Assembly: GCA_963843145.1 (NCBI GenBank)
Contig: CAWJJC010000010.1
Coordinates: 128,001 to 192,000, forward strand
From: an uncultured delta proteobacterium
Lineage (GTDB): Bacteria > Desulfobacterota > RBG-13-43-22
Direction of reading: 5' to 3'
Length of the DNA stretch: 64,000 nucleotides
Shown here: piece by piece, positions 1 through 9,086 of the stretch
How positions within the stretch are numbered: the first letter of the stretch is position 1
Layout of the letters: every line of letters starts with the position of its first letter
Made by a program: the position numbers and the translations under genes
Notes under the pieces: model-generated
Told to the model about the DNA's origin: nothing
What the model saw: the letters and a program-made list of their open reading frames with translations, nothing else
Database searches by the model: none

Positions 1-626
1 GCTACGGGATGACGGAGACCACGGCGGTCAGCCACAGCACCCCCATCCACCGTCCGAAAAAGGGCTCCTTCGGGGTCCCGATACCAGGCGTCCAGGCCGC
101 CATCGTCGACCATGAAACCGCTGACTTCATGCCGGTCGGCGAAGTGGGCGAACTGATCCTCAAAGGCCCCAACATCATGCAAGGCTACTGGAAAAGGCCG
201 GAGAGCAACCAGGAGACCTTCCTGGAGATCGACGGACAGCGCTGGATGCGAACCGGCGATCTGGTCAGCATGGACGAGGAGGGTTACTTCCATTTCTTCG
301 ACCGCAAGCGAGACCTGATCAAGTACAAGGGTTACTCGGTCTTCGCCCGCCATGTGGAGGAGGTCTTGTACCAGCACCCCCAGATCAAGGCCGCCGGGGT
401 GGTCGGCGTTCCCGACCCCAAGGTGGGAAATCTGATCAAGGCCTACGTGGTCCTGGAAAGCGAGGCCCGGGGGAAAGTTTCGGAAGAGGAAATCATCGAA
501 TTCTGCAAAGAAAAGCTGGCCCACTACAAGGTGCCCAAAATCGTCGAATTCCGAGGGGAATTGCCTAAGACCGACGTGGGCAAAGTTTCCAGAAGAGAAT
601 TGCGGGAGGAGGCCGAGGAGGCCTGA
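1..626 (+). CDS. Long-chain acyl-CoA synthetase (AMP-binding), 3' part; runs in from the window edge
   Basis: YGMTE motif at window start, RTGD, DRKRDLIK and terminal LPKTDVGKV motifs of ANL adenylating enzymes. Confidence 0.92.
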   Translation, partial: YGMTETTAVSHSTPIHRPKKGSFGVPIPGVQAAIVDHETADFMPVGEVGELILKGPNIMQGYWKRPESNQETFLEIDGQRWMRTGDLVSMDEEGYFHFFDRKRDLIKYKGYSVFARHVEEVLYQHPQIKAAGVVGVPDPKVGNLIKAYVVLESEARGKVSEEEIIEFCKEKLAHYKVPKIVEFRGELPKTDVGKVSRRELREEAEEA

Positions 627-627
627 T

Positions 628-1395
628 ATGTCCGAACCGTATCTGGAAGTCGAATCCCTGACCAAGAGTTTCGGGGGCCTCCTGGCGATCAACGATGTCT
701 CCTTCCGCATGGAGCAGAAGGAAATCATCGGCCTCATCGGACCGAACGGGGCGGGCAAGACCACCCTGCTTCGGTTGATCAACGGCATCCTGAAACCGGA
801 TTCGGGAAAGGTTCATTTCAAAGGGAAATCCATCGTGGGCATGAAGACCTGGGACATCGTCAACCTGGGTATCGCCTGCACCTTTCAGAACATGCGGCCC
901 TTCCGAAGACTACCCATCATCGCCAATGTCATGGTTTCTTGCCTGTCTCCCCGGTCCATGAAACGGGGGGAGTGGGTCAAGAAGGTCGAAGCCAAGGCCA
1001 TGGATGCCCTGGAATTCGCTGGAATCTCCGACATGGCGCTGGAAAAGGCCTCCACCCTGTCCCAGGGAGATCTCAAGCGGCTGGAGGTGGCCCGGGCCAT
1101 CGCCACCGAACCTGAACTGCTGCTTTTAGATGAACCTTTCGGCGGTTTGAGCCCGGCCGAAACGGACCTGATGGCCAAGTCCATCCGAAGGCTTCACAAA
1201 GGGGGGCGCTTTGGCCGCCTGCACAGTGAAGGTCCGGCCATGATCATCGTGGAGCACAAATTACAACAGTTGATGAAGATTGTGGATCGGATTGTGGTCC
1301 TCAATTTCGGAACGCTCCTGGCGGAGGGTCCCCCGGAAGAAGTGGTAAACAATTCCCAGGTTATCGAAGCCTACTTGGGACAGGGAAACGTTTAG
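628..1395 (+). CDS. livG: Branched-chain amino acid-type ABC transporter ATPase (LivG-like)
   Basis: Walker A GPNGAGKT, LSQGD signature, LLLLDEP, VEH, C-terminal VIEAYLG. Confidence 0.88.
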   Translation: MSEPYLEVESLTKSFGGLLAINDVSFRMEQKEIIGLIGPNGAGKTTLLRLINGILKPDSGKVHFKGKSIVGMKTWDIVNLGIACTFQNMRPFRRLPIIANVMVSCLSPRSMKRGEWVKKVEAKAMDALEFAGISDMALEKASTLSQGDLKRLEVARAIATEPELLLLDEPFGGLSPAETDLMAKSIRRLHKGGRFGRLHSEGPAMIIVEHKLQQLMKIVDRIVVLNFGTLLAEGPPEEVVNNSQVIEAYLGQGNV

Positions 1396-1440
1396 TCTGC
1401 CCAATAGTTTCAAACCTATTTTTTAGGTTAGTTTTTCACC

Positions 1441-1517
1441 GTCATACCGGACCTGATCCGGTATCCAGGTTTTTTGAACCTTAAACGCCCCTGGATCCTG
1501 GTTTCAGCCAGGATGAC
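1441..1517. repeat. GTCAT...ATGAC palindromic REP/RPE-like element
   Basis: GTCATACCGGACCTGATCCGGTATCCAG...CTGGATCCTGGTTTCAGCCAGGATGAC; related to elements at 29010, 29196, 36957 and 51412. Confidence 0.75.
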
Positions 1518-1541
1518 GGGTAATTTAAATCGGATTAAAAA

Positions 1542-2291
1542 ATGTTGCTGCAAGTCGAACATTTGAATGTGCGTTACGAAAAGGCCGTACTCATCAATGA
1601 CCTGAACCTGTCCGTGGACGCGGGGGAACTGGTCAGCCTGGTGGGCCCCAACGGGGCCGGCAAATCCACCACCCTGCGGGCCATCACCGGTCTGGTGGCC
1701 TGGGAAAGAGAGATCAAGCGTCGCTCCACGGCCGGGGACATCTTCCTGGAGGGTACGGTGACCTTCAATGGGGAGCGGATCGACCAAGTCCCGGCCCATG
1801 AAATCGTCCGGCGGGGACTCGTGCTTTGCCCGGAACGGCGAAGACCTTTCCGGGAAATGAGCGTCCTGGATAACCTGCTGGCCGGGGCCTACCTGCAAAA
1901 GGATAAAAAGAAAACCCAGGAAGGTCTGGAAAAAATCTATGATATGTTTCCGGTTTTGAAGAGCCGCTCCGGCCAGGTTTCCGGGACCCTCTCCGGGGGG
2001 GAGCAGCAGATGCTGGCCATCGGACGGGCCCTCATGTCCGAACCCAAGCTGCTGTGCATCGACGAACCCTCCACCGGTCTGGCTCCCCTGATGCGCAAGG
2101 AGGTTTTCGATAAAATTTCGGAGATCAACCGCCTGGGCATCACCGTGCTCCTGGTGGAGCAGGAAGTGAGTACCGTCTTCCAAATGGCCATCCGCAATTA
2201 CGTGCTTTCCTCGGGTAAGATCATCGCCGAGGGCACCGGGCAGCAACTCCTCCAAGACGAGGTCCTCCGCAAGACTTATCTGGGATTTTAA
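1542..2291 (+). CDS. livF: Branched-chain amino acid-type ABC transporter ATPase (LivF-like)
   Basis: GPNGAGKS, LSGGEQQMLAIGRALM, DEPS, VEQ, terminal YLG. Confidence 0.9.
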   Translation: MLLQVEHLNVRYEKAVLINDLNLSVDAGELVSLVGPNGAGKSTTLRAITGLVAWEREIKRRSTAGDIFLEGTVTFNGERIDQVPAHEIVRRGLVLCPERRRPFREMSVLDNLLAGAYLQKDKKKTQEGLEKIYDMFPVLKSRSGQVSGTLSGGEQQMLAIGRALMSEPKLLCIDEPSTGLAPLMRKEVFDKISEINRLGITVLLVEQEVSTVFQMAIRNYVLSSGKIIAEGTGQQLLQDEVLRKTYLGF

Positions 2292-2369
2292 GTCCGTCTT
2301 TCCCCCCGCCGGAGAACCCCGATCATTATTTTATTCCATCTTGGATTCCAGGGAAGGACGCGCTTTGAA

Positions 2370-2693
2370 AGGTTGTTCGTCCTTTTAGGTGGGTGGCCAC
2401 AACATCTGGCCGATTAACCTAGGATTGGGTCTCTGTAGCCGTTGGGCCGCGGAAAAAGGGTTTTCTCCCTCAGGCGGGACTTTTTAGGTTCAAACCCGGC
2501 CCCTGTGTTTTTAAATCTCCTCAGAGGCAGGGCCAGCCGGGGAAGCATCAAAAGACTCAGTGTTTGGGCCTGCTTTAAATAAAATTGGCAAGTTAGGCCC
2601 GGATTCGGAGTCCGGAGTACCTTCGGAAACCCCTTTTTCCGAGGCCCAACGGCCCCGTAGCAGATCTGGGGAATACCAACCCAAAAAGACGAA
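2370..2693. repeat. ~320-nt structured intergenic element, copy 1
   Basis: Terminal IR 2376-2394/2675-2693, inner IR about 2438-2465/2626-2653, core nearly identical to the copy at 45599-45915. Confidence 0.85.
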
Positions 2694-2730
2694 GTGTAAC
2701 TAAAAAAACCAAAAAGCGAAGGATCAAGCC

Positions 2731-4515
2731 ATGTCCCATTTTAGAGTGAACGAAAAGGATCTTTTTTTTATTTTGAAAAGCCAGTTGAATTACGGCAGTC
2801 TGTGCCGCTTGGACCGTTACCGGGAGCTGGATGAAGACACCTTGGACCTGCTGGTCAAGGAGGCTCTGAAATATGCCCGGACTGAAATTGCCCCACTCCA
2901 GGAGATCGGGGAAAACTGGGGGGTGGTCTTCGACCAGGGGGCGGTTCGCTGTGCTCCCGAGTTCAAACAGGCTTTCCGGCAATACGGTGAAAACGGCTGG
3001 ATTGCCGCGGCCCGGGCCCCGGAATACGGTGGCCAAGGATTTCCCCACATGACGCGCATCGTCATTAACGACCTGATGTATGGGGCTTGCCAGGCCTTTA
3101 ACATGGCCCCCAGCCTGACCCATGGGGCTGCTCACCTGATCGAAAACTTCGGGAGCCGGGAACTAAAGGAACGCTTTGTGCCGTCCATGTTCAGCGGGCA
3201 ATGGGCCGGGACCATGGCCCTCACCGAACCACAAGCCGGCTCCAACCTGGCCGCCATCCGGACCACCGCCATGCCCGAAGGCGAGCACTACCGGATCAAG
3301 GGCTCCAAGATCTTCATCTCCTGGGGAGACCACGACCTGACGGAAAACATCATTCACCTGGTCCTGGCCCGCATCGAAGGGGCGCCCGAAGGCGTCAAGG
3401 GCATTTCGCTGTTCGTCGTTCCCAAGGTCCGGATCAACCCGGACGGTTCCCTCGGGCAACCAAATGACGTGGTCTGCGGCGGCGTCGAAAAAAAACTGGG
3501 TCTCCACGCCTCGCCTACCTGTCAGTTGCTTTTCGGGGAACAAGACGGGTGTATCGGCTATCTGTGCGGCGAAGAAAACAACGGCCTGGCCCACATGTTC
3601 CAGATGATGAACGCCGCCCGTATCAATACCGGCGTGAGCGGAATGACCCTGGCCGGCAGCGCCTATCTCAACGCCCTGGCCTATGCTCGGGAGCGGATCC
3701 AGGGCTCGGATCTGGCCGGTCGCAAACCGGGCTTTGTCCCGATCATCGACCACCCCGACGTGCGGCGCATGCTGCTTTGGATGAAGGCTTCGGTGGATGG
3801 AATGCGTTCCATGATATACACCGGGGCCTACTGGTCGGACCTGGCTCTGGAGCTGCCCGAAGGGGAAGAGAAGAAACATTACCAGGCCCTGGTGGATTTT
3901 CTAACCCCGATCATCAAGGCCTACTGCTCGGATATGGGCTTTCGGGTCTGTGAAACCGCTATCCAGTGCCTGGGCGGCTATGGATTTTGCCGCGAGTACC
4001 CCCTGGAACAATACTTAAGAGATTCAAAGATCATGTCCCTTTACGAGGGTACCAACGGCATTCAGTCCGTCGACCTGCTGGGAAGAAAGATGCGGTTGAA
4101 TGGCGGGGCGCTGTTCAAGGCCTTCCTGTCCGAGATTCAGGAGTTCTGTAGGAAACATTCCTCCCAGCCCGTCCTTGGGTCGGAAATCCAGGCCCTGGCC
4201 AAGGCCGTGGAGCGATTGGCCGAAACCGCCCGTACACTGGCTGAAAAGATGAAAACCGATCCGCTCCAGTGGGCCTCCTATACCTACCCGGCCCTGCTGT
4301 GCTTTGGCGATATTACCATGGTCTGGCGACTCCTCGACCTGGCGGTCATCGCCCAGGAACAGATAGACTCCGGCAAGGGCACTGATTTTCTCTCCGGAAA
4401 AGTGGCTCAAGCCACCTACTTCACCGGGACGACCTTGCCGCTGACCCTGGCCCGGCTGGAGACCTGTCTGCGGTCCGGGCGGGAGGTAGTGGATATGCCG
4501 GAAGGGGCTTTCTAA
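2731..4515 (+). CDS. Acyl-CoA dehydrogenase (long, FadE5/DmdC-like subfamily)
   Basis: TMALTEPQAGS, GSKIFIS, KLGLHASPT, GGYGF, YEGTNGIQ. Confidence 0.92.
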   Translation: MSHFRVNEKDLFFILKSQLNYGSLCRLDRYRELDEDTLDLLVKEALKYARTEIAPLQEIGENWGVVFDQGAVRCAPEFKQAFRQYGENGWIAAARAPEYGGQGFPHMTRIVINDLMYGACQAFNMAPSLTHGAAHLIENFGSRELKERFVPSMFSGQWAGTMALTEPQAGSNLAAIRTTAMPEGEHYRIKGSKIFISWGDHDLTENIIHLVLARIEGAPEGVKGISLFVVPKVRINPDGSLGQPNDVVCGGVEKKLGLHASPTCQLLFGEQDGCIGYLCGEENNGLAHMFQMMNAARINTGVSGMTLAGSAYLNALAYARERIQGSDLAGRKPGFVPIIDHPDVRRMLLWMKASVDGMRSMIYTGAYWSDLALELPEGEEKKHYQALVDFLTPIIKAYCSDMGFRVCETAIQCLGGYGFCREYPLEQYLRDSKIMSLYEGTNGIQSVDLLGRKMRLNGGALFKAFLSEIQEFCRKHSSQPVLGSEIQALAKAVERLAETARTLAEKMKTDPLQWASYTYPALLCFGDITMVWRLLDLAVIAQEQIDSGKGTDFLSGKVAQATYFTGTTLPLTLARLETCLRSGREVVDMPEGAF

Positions 4516-4545
4516 TACGAAAATTGAGACGAAACGGAAAAATAA

Positions 4546-5994
4546 ATGGCCTTAAAAACAGGGGCGGAATACCTCGATTCCATCGAATCTTATGGGCTAG
4601 CGGCCCACATCCTGGGAAAAGAAACCAGCGACCTGACCGAACACGGCCTGGTCCAACCCTCCCGGCAGGCGGTGGCCTTTACCTATGATGCCGCCCACCA
4701 ATCGGAAACCCGGGATCTGTTCTGCGTCGAGTCACCGCTGTGTCAGGATACCGTGAACCGCTTCACCCATATTCACCAAAGCACGGAAGACCTGATCAAC
4801 AAAGTCAAGATGCAGCGCTACTGCGGCGTTCAGACCGCCTGCTGTTTTCAACGCTGCGTTGGACTGGACGCGGCCAACGCCATCTTCAGCACCACCTTTG
4901 ACTGCGACCGGAAGCACGGGACTTCCTATCACCAACGTTTCAGGGACTACTGGAAATCGATCCAGCAACAGGATCTGTTGGTGGACGGGGCCATGACCGA
5001 TCCCAAAGGGGACCGGGGGAAGCGCCCCAAGGACCAGCAGGACCCGGACCTGTACCTGCGGATCAAGGAACGCCGGTCGGGGGGCGTGGTGATCAGCGGG
5101 GCCAAACTCCATCAAACCGGCATGCTCAATTCCCACGAGATACTGGTCATGCCCACCCTGACGATGCGGGCGGGGGAAGAGGACTGGGCGGTCTGCTGCG
5201 CGGTTCCCACCAATGCCGAGGGCGTCCGGCACATCTACGGACGGCAGACCAGCGATACCCGGAAACTGGAAGCCTTTCCACTGGACAAGGGCAATCCCAC
5301 CTATGGCGGCCAGGAAGTGATGACCGTTTTTGAGGATGTATTTATCCCCGACGAACGCCTTTTCCTTAACGGGGAAGTCGATTTCTCCGGAATCCTGGTC
5401 GAGCGGTTCGCCTCCTATCACCGGCAGAGCTACGGGGGCTGCAAAGTCGGGGTAGGCGACGTCCTCATCGGAGCTGCGGCCTTGATCGCCCGGATGAACG
5501 GCGTATCGGAGGCCAGCCACATTAAGGATAAAATCGTGGAAATGATCCAGCTCAATGAAACGATCTATGCCTGCGGACTGGCCTGTTCCGCCACCGGTGA
5601 AAAGACCCCGGCCGGAAATTACCAGGTTAACCTGCTCCTGGCCAACGTCTGCAAGCTGAATGTCACCCGCTTCCCTTTCGAACTGGCCCGGCTGGCTACG
5701 GACATCGCCGGCGGCCTCCTGGGGACCATGCCTTCGGCCGCGGATCTGGATGACCCGGTGACCGGTCCCTATATCCAGAAATACCTGGCCGCCTCTCCGG
5801 GCAGTCGGGTGGTCGACCGCATGAAGGTGCTGCGCCTGATCGAAAACCTGGTGGCCGGCGCCGGAGCCGTGGGCTATCTCATCGAGTCCATGCACGGGGC
5901 CGGGCCCCCCATGGCCCAGCGGATCATGATCGGCCGTCAGGCCGACCTCGAGGGCAAGATCAGCCGGGTCGAGAAACTGCTGGGTTTGGTATGA
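4546..5994 (+). CDS. abfD: 4-hydroxybutyryl-CoA dehydratase/vinylacetyl-CoA isomerase family
   Basis: CFQRC and HRQSYGGCK Fe-S ligand motifs, GAMTDPKGDR, ESMHGAG. Confidence 0.85.
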   Translation: MALKTGAEYLDSIESYGLAAHILGKETSDLTEHGLVQPSRQAVAFTYDAAHQSETRDLFCVESPLCQDTVNRFTHIHQSTEDLINKVKMQRYCGVQTACCFQRCVGLDAANAIFSTTFDCDRKHGTSYHQRFRDYWKSIQQQDLLVDGAMTDPKGDRGKRPKDQQDPDLYLRIKERRSGGVVISGAKLHQTGMLNSHEILVMPTLTMRAGEEDWAVCCAVPTNAEGVRHIYGRQTSDTRKLEAFPLDKGNPTYGGQEVMTVFEDVFIPDERLFLNGEVDFSGILVERFASYHRQSYGGCKVGVGDVLIGAAALIARMNGVSEASHIKDKIVEMIQLNETIYACGLACSATGEKTPAGNYQVNLLLANVCKLNVTRFPFELARLATDIAGGLLGTMPSAADLDDPVTGPYIQKYLAASPGSRVVDRMKVLRLIENLVAGAGAVGYLIESMHGAGPPMAQRIMIGRQADLEGKISRVEKLLGLV

Positions 5995-7109
5995 GCATGC
6001 TCTTCCAACCTTTTCCCCTAAAAAATTTAACCTTGCCTAACCGGTTTGTCCGGTCCGCCACTTATGACGGAATGTCTGGAAAAAACGGCCGGGTTACCTC
6101 CGAACAAATCCAAATGGTGGAGGATCTGGCCAAGGGCGGAGTAGGCCTGATCATTTTGGGCATTGCCTATGTGCAGGCCTCCGGTCAAATTTCAGTCTTC
6201 CAAAATTCTCTGGCCGACGACGATTGTATCCCGGGCTTCCGGAATTTGGCTGAAACCGCTCACGAACACGGCGCTAAAATTGCCGTCCAGTTGTTTCATG
6301 CCGGCAGGGAAACGGCCAAGGCCTTTAAACCCCATCGCAAGCAGGCCCTGGCCCCAGCCATCATCACCGATGACCCTTACTTCCAAGGGGCCTACCGGGC
6401 CATGACTGAGGAAGAAATCCTGGAGGTCATCGGGGCTTTCGGCGAGGCCGCCGGCCGAGCCCAAGAAGCCGGGCTGGATGCGGTTCAGGTCCACGGGGCC
6501 CATGCCTATCTGCTGAGCCAGTTCCTGTCCCCTTTCACCAACCGGCGGACCGATGCCTGGGGCGGGGACCTGGAAAACCGCCTGCGCCTTCACCGCGAAA
6601 TCCTGGGGGCCATCAGGTCCCGGGTAGGTGAAGCCTATCCAGTCCTGCTCAAGATCGGGGTCCAGGACGGGTTTCCCGGCGGACTGGAATTCCCTGAAGG
6701 GAAACAGGCCGCGCTTCGCCTGGCCCAGTGGGGCTACGACTCTTTGGAAATCAGCTCCGGACTGAGGGGCCAGGGGTATGATAACGCCGAATTCAAGACC
6801 CGCATCACCCGGCTGGACCGCGAAGCGTATTTCAGATCCTGGACCCGGGAAATAAAATCGGAAGTACCGGTCCCGGTCATGATGGTCGGAGGGATGCGGA
6901 CGCCGGCACTCATGGAAGAAGTGATTCAAAACGGCGAGGCCGACCTGATCTCCCTCAGCCGGCCACTCATCAAAGAACCGGCGATTATCAAAGACTGGCA
7001 AAACGGCGACCTCCACCGAGCCACCTGCATCTCCTGCAACAAATGCTTCGAGGCCCTGCTGAAGGGGGAGGCCCTGCGCTGTGTCTTTCACGAGGAAACC
7101 GGTCGGTAG
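5991..7109 (+). CDS. NADH:flavin oxidoreductase (old yellow enzyme family)
   Basis: NRFVRSAT, QLFHAGR, HGAHAYLLSQFLSP, NRRTDAWGG, CISCNKC. Confidence 0.9.
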   Translation: MSMLFQPFPLKNLTLPNRFVRSATYDGMSGKNGRVTSEQIQMVEDLAKGGVGLIILGIAYVQASGQISVFQNSLADDDCIPGFRNLAETAHEHGAKIAVQLFHAGRETAKAFKPHRKQALAPAIITDDPYFQGAYRAMTEEEILEVIGAFGEAAGRAQEAGLDAVQVHGAHAYLLSQFLSPFTNRRTDAWGGDLENRLRLHREILGAIRSRVGEAYPVLLKIGVQDGFPGGLEFPEGKQAALRLAQWGYDSLEISSGLRGQGYDNAEFKTRITRLDREAYFRSWTREIKSEVPVPVMMVGGMRTPALMEEVIQNGEADLISLSRPLIKEPAIIKDWQNGDLHRATCISCNKCFEALLKGEALRCVFHEETGR

Positions 7110-7142
7110 ATTCGTAGCACCCTGATACTGGCGTGCTCTTTA

Positions 7143-7279
7143 AATTCGAAATCCGAAGCACGAAATCCGAAATAAGCACGAAGGTCCAAAAATCCAAAAG
7201 ATCAAAACAAAGACGTTTCGAATTTTGAAATTTGGTCATTTGAATTTGTTTCGGATTTCGATATTCGGATTTCGGATTT
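7143..7279. repeat. Imperfect palindrome built from CGAAATC/GATTTCG heptamer-like units
   Basis: AAATCCGAAGCACGAAATCCGAAA...TTTGAATTTGTTTCGGATTTCGATATTCGGATTTCGGATTT; half copy at about 21072-21114. Confidence 0.75.
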
Positions 7280-7298
7280 GAACTAAAAGGAGATTGAC

Positions 7299-8882
7299 AT
7301 GGGTAGTGGAAAGCACGATTTAGATCAAGGCTGGTTGTCGGAGGTCGAGGAACTTCGCCTTCGGGAACGTCTGGCGACCCAGATGGGCGGGGAGGAAAAC
7401 CTGGCCCGCCATCGGGCGGCCGGTCGTTTGAACGTCCGGGAGCGGATCGATCGTTTGCTGGATAAAGGCAGCTTCCACGAAACCGGCGCCATCACCGGGG
7501 TTCCCACCTGGAAGGAAGACCGCTTGGTCAAATTATTTCCCTCCAATTTTGTCCTGGGGACCGGGCGGATCGATCGGCGCCGGGTAGTGGTGGGGGCCGA
7601 CGACTTTACCATTCGCGGCGGAGCGGCCGATGCCGCCATCGGACACAAGGCGGCCTACGCCGAACGGATGGCCCTGGATCTTCGCCTGCCCATGATCCGC
7701 CTGGTGGACGGTACCGGAGGTGGAGGAAGCGTTAAATTTCTGGAGCAGATGGATCGCACCTACGTGCCTTACAACCCGGGCATGGACACCATGGCCGAGT
7801 TGCTTTCCACCGTGCCGGTAGTCAGCGCCGCCCTGGGATCGGTGGCCGGTCTGGGCGCGGCCCGGGTGGTCTTTTCCCATTTCTCGGTCATGCCCCGCAA
7901 AACGGCCCAGCTCTTTGTAGCCGGACCACCGGTGGTGGAACCGGCGCTGGGCCGGAAAGTGGGTAAGGAGGAACTCGGCGGGTCCCAAATCCAGACCGGC
8001 GGCTTCGGCGCCGTGGACAACGAGGTGGCCACCGAAGAAGAAGCCTTTGATCAGGTCCGCCGTTTTCTTTCCTACCTGCCGGATTCGGTCTATGAACTTC
8101 CTCCGGTTCAGGCGTCTTCCGATCCGGTCGACCGCCGCGAGGAGGAACTGATCCGCATCATCCCTAAAAACAAACGCCGACCCTACCCGGTGCGCCGCAT
8201 CCTGACGCTGGTGCTGGACCAGGGATCGTTTTTCGAGATCGGGGCCAAACATGGCCGTTCGGTGGTCACCGGCCTGGGTAGGCTGTCCGGCCGGCCGGTG
8301 GGGGTTTTCGCCCACGATTCCAACTTTTTCGGCGGCGCCATCACCGCCCAAGGGGCCGACAAGCTGGTTCGCTTCATCGATCTTTGCGACACCTTCCACC
8401 TGCCGGTGGTCAATTTTGTGGACAACCCGGGCTTCATGATCGGGGTGGAGGCGGAGAAACAGGGCACCATCCGCTTCGGGGCCCGCTACATCTTTGCCGT
8501 CTACCAGGCTACGGTCCCCTGGTGTTCCATCATCCTCCGGCGGGTCTACGGAGTCGCCGGAGCGGCCCATGGCAACCATTCCCGTCTCAACCTGCGTTAC
8601 GCCTGGCCTTCGGGCGAATGGGGCTCCCTGCCCATCGAGGGGGGCGTGCAGGCGGCCTACCGCCGACAGATCGAAGCCTCCGAAGATCCTCAGGCCCTGC
8701 GCCAGGAAATCGAGCAGCGTCTGTCGAAGTTCACCTCCCCCTTCCTGACCGCCGAGAAGTTCGGCATTGAGGAGATCATCGACCCTCGCGACACCCGGCC
8801 GCTGCTCTGCGAATGGGTTGAAAATGCCTACCGCCTGCTGCCCAGCCAGTTGGGGCCGAAAAAACGGGGTATGCGTCCTTAA
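7299..8882 (+). CDS. Acyl-CoA carboxylase/decarboxylase, carboxyltransferase (beta) subunit
   Basis: RERIDRLLD, DDFTIRGG, EELGG, FVDNPGF, IIDPRDTR. Confidence 0.9.
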   Translation: MGSGKHDLDQGWLSEVEELRLRERLATQMGGEENLARHRAAGRLNVRERIDRLLDKGSFHETGAITGVPTWKEDRLVKLFPSNFVLGTGRIDRRRVVVGADDFTIRGGAADAAIGHKAAYAERMALDLRLPMIRLVDGTGGGGSVKFLEQMDRTYVPYNPGMDTMAELLSTVPVVSAALGSVAGLGAARVVFSHFSVMPRKTAQLFVAGPPVVEPALGRKVGKEELGGSQIQTGGFGAVDNEVATEEEAFDQVRRFLSYLPDSVYELPPVQASSDPVDRREEELIRIIPKNKRRPYPVRRILTLVLDQGSFFEIGAKHGRSVVTGLGRLSGRPVGVFAHDSNFFGGAITAQGADKLVRFIDLCDTFHLPVVNFVDNPGFMIGVEAEKQGTIRFGARYIFAVYQATVPWCSIILRRVYGVAGAAHGNHSRLNLRYAWPSGEWGSLPIEGGVQAAYRRQIEASEDPQALRQEIEQRLSKFTSPFLTAEKFGIEEIIDPRDTRPLLCEWVENAYRLLPSQLGPKKRGMRP

Positions 8883-9086
8883 CCCAAAGTTTTTTTCTGC
8901 AGGTCGGAGGTTTGCCGGTCAAAAAGTGGTTTGTGCTAGAAGTCAGGAAGAAATCTCTCGCCCGCTGCGTTCTCTGTGGTCTCTGTGAGAGATTGCCCTT
9001 GTCTTTTTCCGCGGATTTCGAATTTCGTTGCGGCTATGCTGCTCTGAGTGGGTCCGTGGCAAGAAATTATAGAAAAGGAGTTCATT

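Noticed and set aside
7143-7279. Possible CRISPR array
   Set aside because: No constant 25-45-nt repeats with unique spacers here or elsewhere in the window, and no cas genes
4546-8882. Autotrophic 4-hydroxybutyrate carbon-fixation cycle
   Set aside because: AbfD and a carboxyltransferase alone are not diagnostic; the context (uptake, ligase, acyl-CoA dehydrogenases) is catabolic
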